Positions 8,947-17,495 of a stretch of DNA of 64,000 nucleotides are shown here, piece by piece. The position numbers and the translations under genes are program-made. The notes below the pieces were generated by a model that ran no database searches, had not been told where the DNA came from, and was given only the letters and a program-made list of their open reading frames with translations. The DNA is from a virus: IMG/VR virus record IMGVR_UViG_3300009124_000003; one strand, given 5' to 3'. Numbering within the stretch: the first letter of the stretch is position 1; each line of letters starts with the position of its first letter.

Positions 8947-9023
8947 AACCTATGCAAGCAGCTCGCGAATGTCAAGGGTCGGGTTTTCGTGACCTTGACA
9001 CTTTGTGAAATTCTTCATAAGAT
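8947..9023. promoter_or_regulatory. Back-to-back divergent SigA-type promoters (ncRNA leftward, whiB rightward)
   Basis: Minus TTGACA(8975-8970)-N17-TAGGTT; plus TTGACA(8995-9000)-N17-TAAGAT; the two -35 boxes form an inverted repeat. Confidence 0.8.
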
Positions 9024-9029
9024 AGATGC

Positions 9030-9266
9030 ATGTTAGATCTTGGCTTCCCTTCATTCTTTAGAACCGCTCCGTGTTCTACTGCTGAACATAGGGAAATCTT
9101 CTTTTCTCGACGCCCAACGGATCAGCGAGTGGCGCAGCAAGTCTGTGCCAACTGTCCGTTTCTTAGTGAATGTAAAGATTATCTTGACACGGGCGAGTAT
9201 GGCGACTATGGTGTCGTTGCTGGGATGACCCCGGCTGAACGACGCCGACTGAAGAAAGGTAAGTGA
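9030..9266 (+). CDS. whiB: WhiB-family Fe-S transcription factor
   Basis: C..(x)..CxxCP...C, GVVAG turn, TPAERRRL basic tail. Confidence 0.92.
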   Translation: MLDLGFPSFFRTAPCSTAEHREIFFSRRPTDQRVAQQVCANCPFLSECKDYLDTGEYGDYGVVAGMTPAERRRLKKGK

Positions 9267-9766
9267 TGGCATCTATTGAAGAAATTAAAGAAGCAATTGC
9301 ATCTCTGGATGCGATGATCGCTACTACAGGAAACCTTATCGGTGACGGCATTCCTTCCGTCGATCGAACTGAGGTTGCTGAGGTGGCAGTACAGTTCAAC
9401 AACTCGCTTGCTGCGATGAAGGACGTGTTTGCGATCCTGTCGTCTGATGCGATCAGTCAGCTTGAGTACACGCCCGATCCTATTGAGGTTGAGGGCGGTT
9501 CGGTTGAAATCAAGGCGGGTTCATCTCGCAAGGCTTGGGATCATGAGCGGCTCGCTTCGGTAGTTGCTAAGCGCATCCACGACTCTTCAGTTGATCTCAC
9601 TACAGGTGAGGTTCTTATGACTACGGAGCAGATGATCCAGGAGATCCTCAAGTATGCAGCCGTCTCGTATTGGCGTGTCGGTGCTCTCAAGGATCTTGAT
9701 CTTACGGCTGACAACTACTGTGAAGTCAGTGAACCAAAGACTAATCTCGTTATCAAAAGGAAGTGA
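9266..9766 (+). CDS. Hypothetical protein (recombination operon)
   Basis: Coupled TGATG overlap with whiB; host-like codon usage. Confidence 0.8.
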   Translation: MASIEEIKEAIASLDAMIATTGNLIGDGIPSVDRTEVAEVAVQFNNSLAAMKDVFAILSSDAISQLEYTPDPIEVEGGSVEIKAGSSRKAWDHERLASVVAKRIHDSSVDLTTGEVLMTTEQMIQEILKYAAVSYWRVGALKDLDLTADNYCEVSEPKTNLVIKRK

Positions 9767-9768
9767 AC

Positions 9769-10401
9769 ATGACTACTCAACAAGAAAAGCTTAACATCGA
9801 GTTTCCCGCAGAGGTTTGCCAGGAGTTGCCAAAAGCAGGCCGTCGGCTTACCTATGTTCCTGTGGCCGAGGTTATCACTCGGCTCAACGACGTTCTTGGT
9901 ACTGCCGGTTGGTCGTACACCGTGGAAGCGCGCTGGACTGACACGCACGAGTCGAAGTACGGCACCGAGGTTTGGGCCATGACTCACGTTCGCCTCGTCG
10001 CCACGATTGACGGCCAGCAGTGTGCCCGTGATGGCATTGGCGGGTACAATACTTCTAAGCCGGGAATGGATTACGCTGACGGCTGGAAGTCCGCCACGTC
10101 CGAGGCTCTCAAGAAGGCTGCTCAGGCGCTTGGTGTTGGCCTGCACCTTAGCCGCAGCGAGGAAGCTATCGCTATGGCTGCTGACCTTACTGTCGAGCGT
10201 GCGGATGCTGCTGAGCTTCAGGCATTTATTGCTGCGATGAAGGAAGCTAACTCGGTTATTGCGGGTGCTGTGAAGCAGCGCGCTCAAGAATTGGGTGCTA
10301 GCTGGAACGACATGCGCGCAGAGCACCTTACTGAGCTTAAGGCTATGGCTCAGGAGTACGCCGACAATGGTGTCGGTTCTACTGCGGAGCTACAAGCCTG
10401 A
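9769..10401 (+). CDS. Rad52/Rad22-family single-strand annealing protein (Sak-like)
   Basis: LTYV..AEVITRLNDVLG..GWS, RDGIG, KSATSEALKKAAQALGVGLHL. Confidence 0.88.
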   Translation: MTTQQEKLNIEFPAEVCQELPKAGRRLTYVPVAEVITRLNDVLGTAGWSYTVEARWTDTHESKYGTEVWAMTHVRLVATIDGQQCARDGIGGYNTSKPGMDYADGWKSATSEALKKAAQALGVGLHLSRSEEAIAMAADLTVERADAAELQAFIAAMKEANSVIAGAVKQRAQELGASWNDMRAEHLTELKAMAQEYADNGVGSTAELQA

Positions 10402-11156
10402 TGTACGACGTACCCGCTTACTTTTCGCCGTCGAGCCTATCGACATTCATTCAGTGTCCGCAACGTTTCAAGTTTGAGAAGATTGACAAGATCCGTTCGG
10501 CAGACACTGAGGCGACTGTGCGCGGGTCTTTTGTCCATGAGATTTTGGAAGAGCTGCTGAAGCTTGAGCCAGAACATCGAACTATCGAAGTAGCTAAAAA
10601 CCTTTCTCGTGAACTGTGGAACCAGCGTTGGGCTGAGAAGGCTCAGCCTGTTTCTGGTGGCGATATGTCTAAGTTCATGTGGTCTTCTTGGTGGTGCGTG
10701 GAAAACTACTTCCAAATGGAGGACCCAAAGCAGATTGAGCCGATGGGTCTTGAAGTAGAAGTTCAGGGCCTGATCGAAGGTGTTCCGTTGTATGGCATCG
10801 TTGACCGTTGGATCATGGAAGACGGTAAGATCATTGTGCAGGACTACAAGTCGGGTAAGGTACCCAAGCCGCAGTACAGCCGTGACAAGAAGCTTCAGAT
10901 TATGATTTACGCCGACCTGCTGGAGAAGCAGACCGGGCTTGAAGCCGGTCGCATGGATCTTCTTTATGTGAAGGAAGGCAAGGTCGTCTCTTACGAACCA
11001 ACGTCGGAACTTCGACAGTCTGTCGCTAATGATGTGGCTAACGCTTGGGACGAGATGGTTGCTAGCTGTTCGGATGAAGATTTCGAGACGCGCACCGGGC
11101 CGTTGTGTAACTGGTGCGATCATAAGCCGTACTGTCCGGCCTTCGGAGGTTCGTGA
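10401..11156 (+). CDS. PD-(D/E)XK RecB/Cas4-like exonuclease
   Basis: SPSSL..F.QCP, GIVDR, IVQDYKSGK, C-terminal CNWCDHKPYC. Confidence 0.9.
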   Translation: MYDVPAYFSPSSLSTFIQCPQRFKFEKIDKIRSADTEATVRGSFVHEILEELLKLEPEHRTIEVAKNLSRELWNQRWAEKAQPVSGGDMSKFMWSSWWCVENYFQMEDPKQIEPMGLEVEVQGLIEGVPLYGIVDRWIMEDGKIIVQDYKSGKVPKPQYSRDKKLQIMIYADLLEKQTGLEAGRMDLLYVKEGKVVSYEPTSELRQSVANDVANAWDEMVASCSDEDFETRTGPLCNWCDHKPYCPAFGGS

Positions 11157-11596
11157 TGCGTGACCTTGTGATCGGTGATGTTGAAGCCCGGTCCAAGGCT
11201 GCTATTGACCCTACAGCAGCTTATGGAGGACACACGCCTCCGCCTGCGTTGGTTGCTTCACCAGACCGTTGGCTTAGTGAGCTTGACGTGCGGATTATGG
11301 AGTTGCAGCGCAAAGAAGAGAAGCTTGCAGAGGCCGTCAGTTTTTGGACAGAGAAAGGTATCGACCCCGATGAGGATTGGTCGGTCTATCAAAACCTGAC
11401 GAAGGTACGCCACGAAATTACTTGGACTGCTCTTCGCAAGTCTGAGGTTCAGCGTCGTGTCGGCATTGACAACAGTGATCACCATTATGTAAAATTTCTA
11501 AAGGCAGCGATTGCAGAACATCGTAGCCAAAAAGTCGATCCTGATAATGTTGACAAGGCGTTGTGGGCTGCTATCGACGGCGAGTTTAATTTCTAG
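11156..11596 (+). CDS. Hypothetical protein
   Basis: Coupled to the upstream gene; 146 aa. Confidence 0.75.
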   Translation: MRDLVIGDVEARSKAAIDPTAAYGGHTPPPALVASPDRWLSELDVRIMELQRKEEKLAEAVSFWTEKGIDPDEDWSVYQNLTKVRHEITWTALRKSEVQRRVGIDNSDHHYVKFLKAAIAEHRSQKVDPDNVDKALWAAIDGEFNF

Positions 11597-11603
11597 GAGA
11601 ATC

Positions 11604-12725
11604 ATGAAGATAGGATTTGCGACAGTAGACTGGTCAAAGAACGTCCGAGATGAACAGCTTGACATGCCTGCCATGGGCGGTTCGAACTGGATTCGTTTCG
11701 GTCAATACTTGCCGTACATGCAGCAGATCACTCCTGTGCATGGCTCTCCCGTTTGGAACTCTAAGAAGCAGATCTTCGGTGTTGACACCGAGTGTGGTTG
11801 GGACATCGGCTCTTACGATGACAGCGATGAGCGCTACGACTTCGACATCCCCGTGATCTTCATTCAGCGCATCATGGACCGTGGTATCGGTGAGCAGATC
11901 GCTATCGCACGCTCCAACGGTCAGATCATCATTCAGGACATTGACGATGACTTCTGGGCGATCCCAAAGTGGAATAGTGCGTACTGGCACACTCACCCAT
12001 CGAAGAACCCGGAGTCCAACATCAACTTCTACGCTGAGGCACTTGCCAACAGTAACCTGATCGTTACCTCCACGCCTCACCTCACTGAGAAGATGGGGCA
12101 GATCAACGACTTCGTTGTGCAGATCGAAAACCATGTTGATGTTGACCGTTTTGCTCAGGCCCGCAAGGACATGGAAGAGTGGGACGGTGTACGTATTGGA
12201 TGGACCGGATCTGTTGGTATGAAGACAGTTGACCTTGATTGCGTCAAGTCGTGGGCCGGTATGTTCAACTGGCACCACATCGGCCACGTGGATATTGTTC
12301 CGTTGACCGGTGTAATTGGCGAGCATGTTAACGTAAGCACTTCCCCACTTTGCGCTTCAAGCGAATACGCCAAGAACTTCTTGTTTGATGTTGGCGTTGT
12401 GCCTCTGAAGCACGACGCCGAGTTCAACGCCGCCAAGTCCTTTATCAAGGGACTTGAGTACAGTGCCGCTGGTCTACCGTTCGTTGCAGCTCCGGCACCC
12501 GAGTACATCCGTTTCAACGAAGAGCAGGGCGTCGGCTTTATCGCTTATGACAACAAGGCAAAGCACTGGATTAAGCACCTCAAGGCTCTCGTCAACGATG
12601 CAGATTATCGTGAGTTCCACGGAGTCGCCGCTCAGGAAAAGGTCCGTCATACTTACGACGTCCGCATTGGTGCCGCTAAGCTGGAGGGCCTGGCTCTTCA
12701 GGCTCTGCAACACTCGGACTTCTGA
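11604..12725 (+). CDS. GT-B fold glycosyltransferase
   Basis: DIDDDFW, VTSTPHL, IENHVD, IGWTGS, GVVPL..FNAAKSFIKGLEYSAAGLPFVA; SD AGGAGA before ATG 11604. Confidence 0.88.
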   Translation: MKIGFATVDWSKNVRDEQLDMPAMGGSNWIRFGQYLPYMQQITPVHGSPVWNSKKQIFGVDTECGWDIGSYDDSDERYDFDIPVIFIQRIMDRGIGEQIAIARSNGQIIIQDIDDDFWAIPKWNSAYWHTHPSKNPESNINFYAEALANSNLIVTSTPHLTEKMGQINDFVVQIENHVDVDRFAQARKDMEEWDGVRIGWTGSVGMKTVDLDCVKSWAGMFNWHHIGHVDIVPLTGVIGEHVNVSTSPLCASSEYAKNFLFDVGVVPLKHDAEFNAAKSFIKGLEYSAAGLPFVAAPAPEYIRFNEEQGVGFIAYDNKAKHWIKHLKALVNDADYREFHGVAAQEKVRHTYDVRIGAAKLEGLALQALQHSDF

Positions 12726-13270
12726 TGGAGCGCCGTAAGCCCTTACGCGCTAAGAAAGGGTTGCAAGCAAAGAAAAGTTTGCAGGCCAAAAAGGGATTGA
12801 GCGGCAGGAAAGGTTTGTCGCAGAATAAGCCATTGAAGGCTAACAAAGGTCTGGAAGCTCGTACGCAGCTTAAAACGTCTAAAGGCGTTAATGCTCGGTC
12901 GAAAAAGACTACTGATAAGTATGTTGAGCGGCGAAAGCTGGTAGCTGACCTTCTGAAAAGGCGCCCACATTGCGAAGCTTGCGACCTATACAACATGTTT
13001 AATTTCGCAAATCTGGGACAAGTGAACGATTCCAGTGAGGTCCACGAGATTGTTCTTCGTAGTCAAGGCGGCGATATTCTTGATGAGTCGATTTGTCTGG
13101 CTGTTTGCAGGCGCTGTCATGCGCGTGTTGATGAAGATCGAGACGTTGCAAAGCTGCTTGGGCTGTATGTGCCTGGCTTTGCTTACACTGACGAAGTTAT
13201 TAAAGAGGCACGGTATCTACGCATGGCGATCCTTGCGGGTGCTCCCTTCATTCCAAGCTACGTTAGGTGA
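12725..13270 (+). CDS. HNH-type nuclease with an N-terminal Lys-rich hexapeptide repeat
   Basis: CEAC, VHE..RSQGG, AVCRRCH; N-terminal LxAKKG repeats. Confidence 0.7.
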   Translation: MERRKPLRAKKGLQAKKSLQAKKGLSGRKGLSQNKPLKANKGLEARTQLKTSKGVNARSKKTTDKYVERRKLVADLLKRRPHCEACDLYNMFNFANLGQVNDSSEVHEIVLRSQGGDILDESICLAVCRRCHARVDEDRDVAKLLGLYVPGFAYTDEVIKEARYLRMAILAGAPFIPSYVR

Positions 13271-13290
13271 TAATCGCATAGTCTAGTAGC

Positions 13291-13671
13291 ATGGCTGCTA
13301 ACTATGGTAAGGCCGCAAAGGCCAAAGCAACAAAACTTCATTCTCTTCTTGTTCGTACCAGAGACGGGTTTCGATGCCGTTGGTGCGGTGTTCATCGTGA
13401 CGACGGCAAGCAGATCCAGTGCGCGCACATCATTTCCCGTTCAGTTTCTGCCACGAGAACAGACGAGCGCAACGCCGTGGCTTTGTGCGCTAGCTGCCAC
13501 TGGAAGCAGTCTAAGAACCCGCTGGTGTGGGCACGGTGGATTGAGGAAGAGCTTGGTAAAGACCATTTGGATGACTTGTTGGAACGTGGGGTTCCCGGAG
13601 TGAAGGTTGACTGGGAAGAAGAGGCCGTTCGACTAAAAGCAGCTCTTGACAGTTTGCCAGATTTTGAATAG
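13291..13671 (+). CDS. NinG/Rap-like HNH recombination endonuclease
   Basis: VRTRDGFRCRWCG, QCAHIISR, NAVALCASCH. Confidence 0.8.
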   Translation: MAANYGKAAKAKATKLHSLLVRTRDGFRCRWCGVHRDDGKQIQCAHIISRSVSATRTDERNAVALCASCHWKQSKNPLVWARWIEEELGKDHLDDLLERGVPGVKVDWEEEAVRLKAALDSLPDFE

Positions 13672-13680
13672 GATACCCGT

Positions 13681-14058
13681 ATGAATACTAGTTGGGATAA
13701 GTGGAATAATCAGCAGTCTCAGGGCCGCAACGCTCCGATCAGCCAGGTTGAGGTTGAGGAGCGTATTGTCGCGCTTACGTCCAGCTTGGAGAACGAAACC
13801 GAGGCTTTCGAAGCGTTGTCGATTGATCATGCTAAGAAGGAAGCCGAGTATAAGCGTGCGTGGCACAGCGAGTATCTTCGTGCGGAAGGGCCGGTGAAGG
13901 AGCGTGAAGCTCACGCCGGTTATCGTACTGCTGAGCAGCACATGGAGTCGCAAGTTGCTGAAGCCGTTATGAAGGCTAAGCGTGAGAAGCTGCATACTAT
14001 CCGCACTGCACTCGACTCACTACGAACTCTAGCAGCTAACGTTAGGGCACAGTCGTGA
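13681..14058 (+). CDS. Hypothetical coiled-coil protein
   Basis: Leaderless behind TTGACA-N17-TAGGAT; heptad-rich. Confidence 0.8.
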   Translation: MNTSWDKWNNQQSQGRNAPISQVEVEERIVALTSSLENETEAFEALSIDHAKKEAEYKRAWHSEYLRAEGPVKEREAHAGYRTAEQHMESQVAEAVMKAKREKLHTIRTALDSLRTLAANVRAQS

Positions 14059-14864
14059 TTCATAACGTGCCGGACGAGCTTACGAATTTGTTGGTTGACA
14101 TTACCACGCTAGAGCATTTGCCTGGCAACCCTCGTAAGTCTGATGTTGAAGCTATTGCTAAGTCGTATCGAGAGTTCGGTCAGCTTAGCCCGATCGTTGC
14201 TACCCGTGGCGATGGCGGGGAGATTGTGGTGCTGGCTGGTAACCATCAGCTTCGTGCTGCCCGTGACGTTCTTGGATGGACCCATATCGCTGCGGCTGTC
14301 CACGAAAACCTTTCTGAAGAGCAGGCACTTGCATTCGCCGCCCTTGACAACCATTGGCATACCGTTGGTGGTATTGACGATGAGCTTCAGTACGAGCTTA
14401 TCAAGGCGGCAGACGGTGCCGCTGCTGATGTTATGGACGCTGTTGGCTGGGACGACTTTGCTATGGCCGCTATGGAAGACGTTATCGAAGCTACCACGAT
14501 GGCTGCGGTCACTACAGACAACGGAGTTGGTTGGGAGGCGCCGACGATTATTGCCCCTGACACTACTCCTACTCCAGCTAATCCTATGGACGCTTCTGGT
14601 GGTGAAGCTTCGGCTGAGCCGTCTCCCGAGCCAGTAAAGGTTCAAAGCGATCTATCGGATGATGAGATCCTTACGCAGGGTTCTACGGCTGTTGTCGAAC
14701 CAACCCGTAATGTTAAGATCCAGTACACTATCGTGTTTGATACTGCCGAGCAGCAAAGTCAGTGGTATCGTTTCCTTCGCTTCCTCAAGGAGTCGTCTGT
14801 TTACGAAGGCGACACTTCTGCTGAGATGATTAGCGAGTTCATTGCTGCACACTCGGAGGCCTGA
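14055..14864 (+). CDS. ParB/Srx-like N-terminal domain protein
   Basis: LPGNPR, YREFGQLSPIV, VLAGNHQLRAA, ALAFAALDN. Confidence 0.85.
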   Translation: MIHNVPDELTNLLVDITTLEHLPGNPRKSDVEAIAKSYREFGQLSPIVATRGDGGEIVVLAGNHQLRAARDVLGWTHIAAAVHENLSEEQALAFAALDNHWHTVGGIDDELQYELIKAADGAAADVMDAVGWDDFAMAAMEDVIEATTMAAVTTDNGVGWEAPTIIAPDTTPTPANPMDASGGEASAEPSPEPVKVQSDLSDDEILTQGSTAVVEPTRNVKIQYTIVFDTAEQQSQWYRFLRFLKESSVYEGDTSAEMISEFIAAHSEA

Positions 14865-14866
14865 TC

Positions 14867-16039
14867 GTGCCTAGGCGCCGCATGTTCCTAGAAACAAACG
14901 TTGTAGATGCTGCACGTGCGCGTCTTCGCCACGTTTACGATATTGGTGATACCGTTTGTATCCAATATTCGGGCGGTAAGGATAGCACCGCTGTTCTGCA
15001 CCTGGCCCGTGAGATTCATGAAGAGCGAAACCTTGGCCCGGTCAAGGTAATCTTTCGTGATGAAGAGTTTCTGTCGCCGTCGATTGAGAAGCACATCAAC
15101 ACAGTTGCAAGCTATGACTGGGTTGACATGGAGTGGTACTGTCTGCCGCAGGCGCAGGAAGTTTGGACCTTGGGCCTGCGTGAGCCTGTCCTGCTTTGGG
15201 ACAAGGCCCGTGAAGAAGAGGGCCGCCTCTTCCGCCCTGTCCCTGAAGGCGCTATCACTGCTGAGTCGTTCGGTCTCGACCCTTACAAGGGCATCGAGAA
15301 GCCGATCGACCACTATACAATGCAGGGCAAGAAGGGAATGACATATTTCGTTACTGGCGTGCGCGCTCAGGAGTCGATGATCCGCTATCGTTCTGTCGTC
15401 CAGAAGCTCAACGAAAACTACATCAATCGACCCTACAAGCTTAGCAAGGCCATCCCGATGCGCTTCGCTAAGGTCATCTACGACTGGGGCGTCAACGACG
15501 TTTTCAAGTACATCCACGACATTGGTGCCGACTACTGTGACTTTTATGATTATGCTGCCCTGTCTGGAGCTAATCAGCGAGTCGGCATTCCGCTTCACTC
15601 GGTTGCCGCCCGCCGCCTGGAAGACGTGGTTTGGACTGAGCCTGAGTTCTACGACCAGCTTCTTCATTGTTTCCCGTGGGTTGATGCTCAGCGCCGTCTT
15701 TGGAAAGACTTCGACACTGAGAAGTTCCTTGCCCGCTACGTTGCCCGTGGATGGGACGGCATCCGTGACATGATCGACTACTGTATGTTGACTGACGAGT
15801 TCAAGAAGGAAGCAATGACTTTTGCTCACAAGTGGAAGCAGAAGCACGCTATTGACCCCCACTCGTACCCTCTTGATGCTTTGGCCAGAACCTTGTTCTT
15901 GAACGAGTTCCGGCATACAGCACCAAACCCTGTAGGCCCTAAGACGCGTGCCCATGCAATCCGTATGGCTGCCCTTGAGTCAGAGCATCAGATGGACATG
16001 GATGCTGACTCTCTTGACATGCAAGACGACAACAGGTAG
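14867..16039 (+). CDS. PAPS-reductase/PP-loop family protein (IbrA-like)
   Basis: SGGKDS PP-loop, FRDEE, GVRAQES..R, IYDW, QRVGIP. Confidence 0.88.
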   Translation: MPRRRMFLETNVVDAARARLRHVYDIGDTVCIQYSGGKDSTAVLHLAREIHEERNLGPVKVIFRDEEFLSPSIEKHINTVASYDWVDMEWYCLPQAQEVWTLGLREPVLLWDKAREEEGRLFRPVPEGAITAESFGLDPYKGIEKPIDHYTMQGKKGMTYFVTGVRAQESMIRYRSVVQKLNENYINRPYKLSKAIPMRFAKVIYDWGVNDVFKYIHDIGADYCDFYDYAALSGANQRVGIPLHSVAARRLEDVVWTEPEFYDQLLHCFPWVDAQRRLWKDFDTEKFLARYVARGWDGIRDMIDYCMLTDEFKKEAMTFAHKWKQKHAIDPHSYPLDALARTLFLNEFRHTAPNPVGPKTRAHAIRMAALESEHQMDMDADSLDMQDDNR

Positions 16040-16048
16040 GTTATGAGT

Positions 16049-16579
16049 ATGGATATTCAAAACATTGCTATTGCAGACCTCAAGCCTTATCAGTTCAGTA
16101 CAACGTACCTTGTTCGTTCAGACTTCCGCAGTTTGACAGACTCGATCCGCCGTTTTGGATTGCTGAACCCTCTGATTGTTCGCAAGGACACGATGGAGGT
16201 TATTGACGGTAAATACAGGTTGAGCGTTCTGCATACTGATGGTGTTGAAACTGCGCCGTGTGTGGTCCTGGATCTAGATGAAGCTGATGCTATGGTTCTC
16301 CATGTTCAGGTTAACCGATACCGTTCAGAAGTCATCACTAAAGACCTGTCAAGGCTAGTGAAGCGAATTATCCGTACCCGAAAGTACACTCAGGACGAGC
16401 TAATGGCGCTTTTCTCAACAACGGAAGACGAGTTTCAGGTTTTGCTTCAGGGCACTGTTATTCGTCAGCGTAACATTCCTGAGCACACATATAGCCATGC
16501 TTGGGTTCCTGTCGAGTCTGACTCTCCTGAAGATTTCAAGATTGAGCGACCGACCGGTAAGCCTGAACAGAAAAAGTAG
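16049..16579 (+). CDS. ParB-like protein (IbrB-like)
   Basis: SIRRFGLLNPLIV, VIDGKYRL, VQVNRYR; leaderless start at 16049. Confidence 0.82.
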   Translation: MDIQNIAIADLKPYQFSTTYLVRSDFRSLTDSIRRFGLLNPLIVRKDTMEVIDGKYRLSVLHTDGVETAPCVVLDLDEADAMVLHVQVNRYRSEVITKDLSRLVKRIIRTRKYTQDELMALFSTTEDEFQVLLQGTVIRQRNIPEHTYSHAWVPVESDSPEDFKIERPTGKPEQKK

Positions 16580-16614
16580 ACGTTTCCTCATCGGGGTGTT
16601 ATAGTAAAAAAACT

Positions 16615-17136
16615 ATGGTTAACGACCCTATGCAAGAATCGGTTTATGAAGCTGAACGTCAATTCTGGCGTGGCTCCATGTACAAGAACGATTTCCCGAC
16701 AGCCGACAGCATCGCCCGAATGATGGCGTCTGTGCTGGAGTCTAAAGCGGTAAATGATGTGGCTCCTGTTGCAGTCAAACGCCTCAAGCCTATCGTGAGC
16801 GGAACTTTTGAAGAGACATCTCCGGGTCTTTTTGTTTCAGACGTTATGTGCGGGGATCGCAAGTTCTTCTTACAGCTACCCCACTATTCGCCCATGTCAG
16901 AATTCAAGTGTACCTCTAGCATGATTGGTATCAAGTTTCCTGAGCATGGAAGGAACGCCCCAGTCATTTCCCACGAACTGGCTCACCTGTTGAGATTCCT
17001 TGAGCTTGGCTTCAGTAAGTATCTTTTAGAGGAAGATCATGGTCAAGAGTTTCAAGAGACTTATGTGGCTGCGGTAAGCGGCTCGGATTTAACAGCTTCT
17101 ACAAGGCTAAATTGCATGTTGAGGAACGCTGTTTAG
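16615..17136 (+). CDS. SprT-like HExxH metallopeptidase
   Basis: ISHELAHLL ... DHGQEF. Confidence 0.6.
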   Translation: MVNDPMQESVYEAERQFWRGSMYKNDFPTADSIARMMASVLESKAVNDVAPVAVKRLKPIVSGTFEETSPGLFVSDVMCGDRKFFLQLPHYSPMSEFKCTSSMIGIKFPEHGRNAPVISHELAHLLRFLELGFSKYLLEEDHGQEFQETYVAAVSGSDLTASTRLNCMLRNAV

Positions 17137-17199
17137 TGCGATCAAGAGCGCTCTAGACCTGATAAAATAGTAATGTGTGGCCATTCAAAGGAGAGGTTA

Positions 17200-17490
17200 A
17201 TGGACGCTAATCAAGCTGCCCGTCAGGCGGCGGCTATCGCCAGCAAAATTGATGATCTCGAAAAAGACATTGAAAAGCTAGAAGAAAAGCTTGAAACGAT
17301 CTCTGTCAAAATGTACAAGCACTTTGCTGCAAGCCAGGTAGATTCGCTGAGACTTGCTCAACTAATTGAAGATGTTAACGCTCTTCAAAGCTCTATCCGT
17401 TATGCTTCGCGTACAGCAGCGGTTATTGTCGCTACAGCCCTCTTTGGTGCTTTCTTTATGATTATTTCATCCGGCGCTAACGTGATGTGA
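17200..17490 (+). CDS. Coiled-coil protein with a C-terminal TM helix
   Basis: SD GGAGAGG before ATG 17200; coiled coil then hydrophobic tail. Confidence 0.7.
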   Translation: MDANQAARQAAAIASKIDDLEKDIEKLEEKLETISVKMYKHFAASQVDSLRLAQLIEDVNALQSSIRYASRTAAVIVATALFGAFFMIISSGANVM

Positions 17491-17495
17491 ACCAG

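Noticed and set aside
8759-9036. Plus-strand ORFs 8759-8992 and 8824-9036
   Set aside because: No RBS or leaderless promoter, atypical composition, and they run across the whiB promoter.
10401-11156. Cas4 as a sign of a CRISPR system
   Set aside because: No array or other cas genes; context with an annealase indicates a recombination exonuclease.
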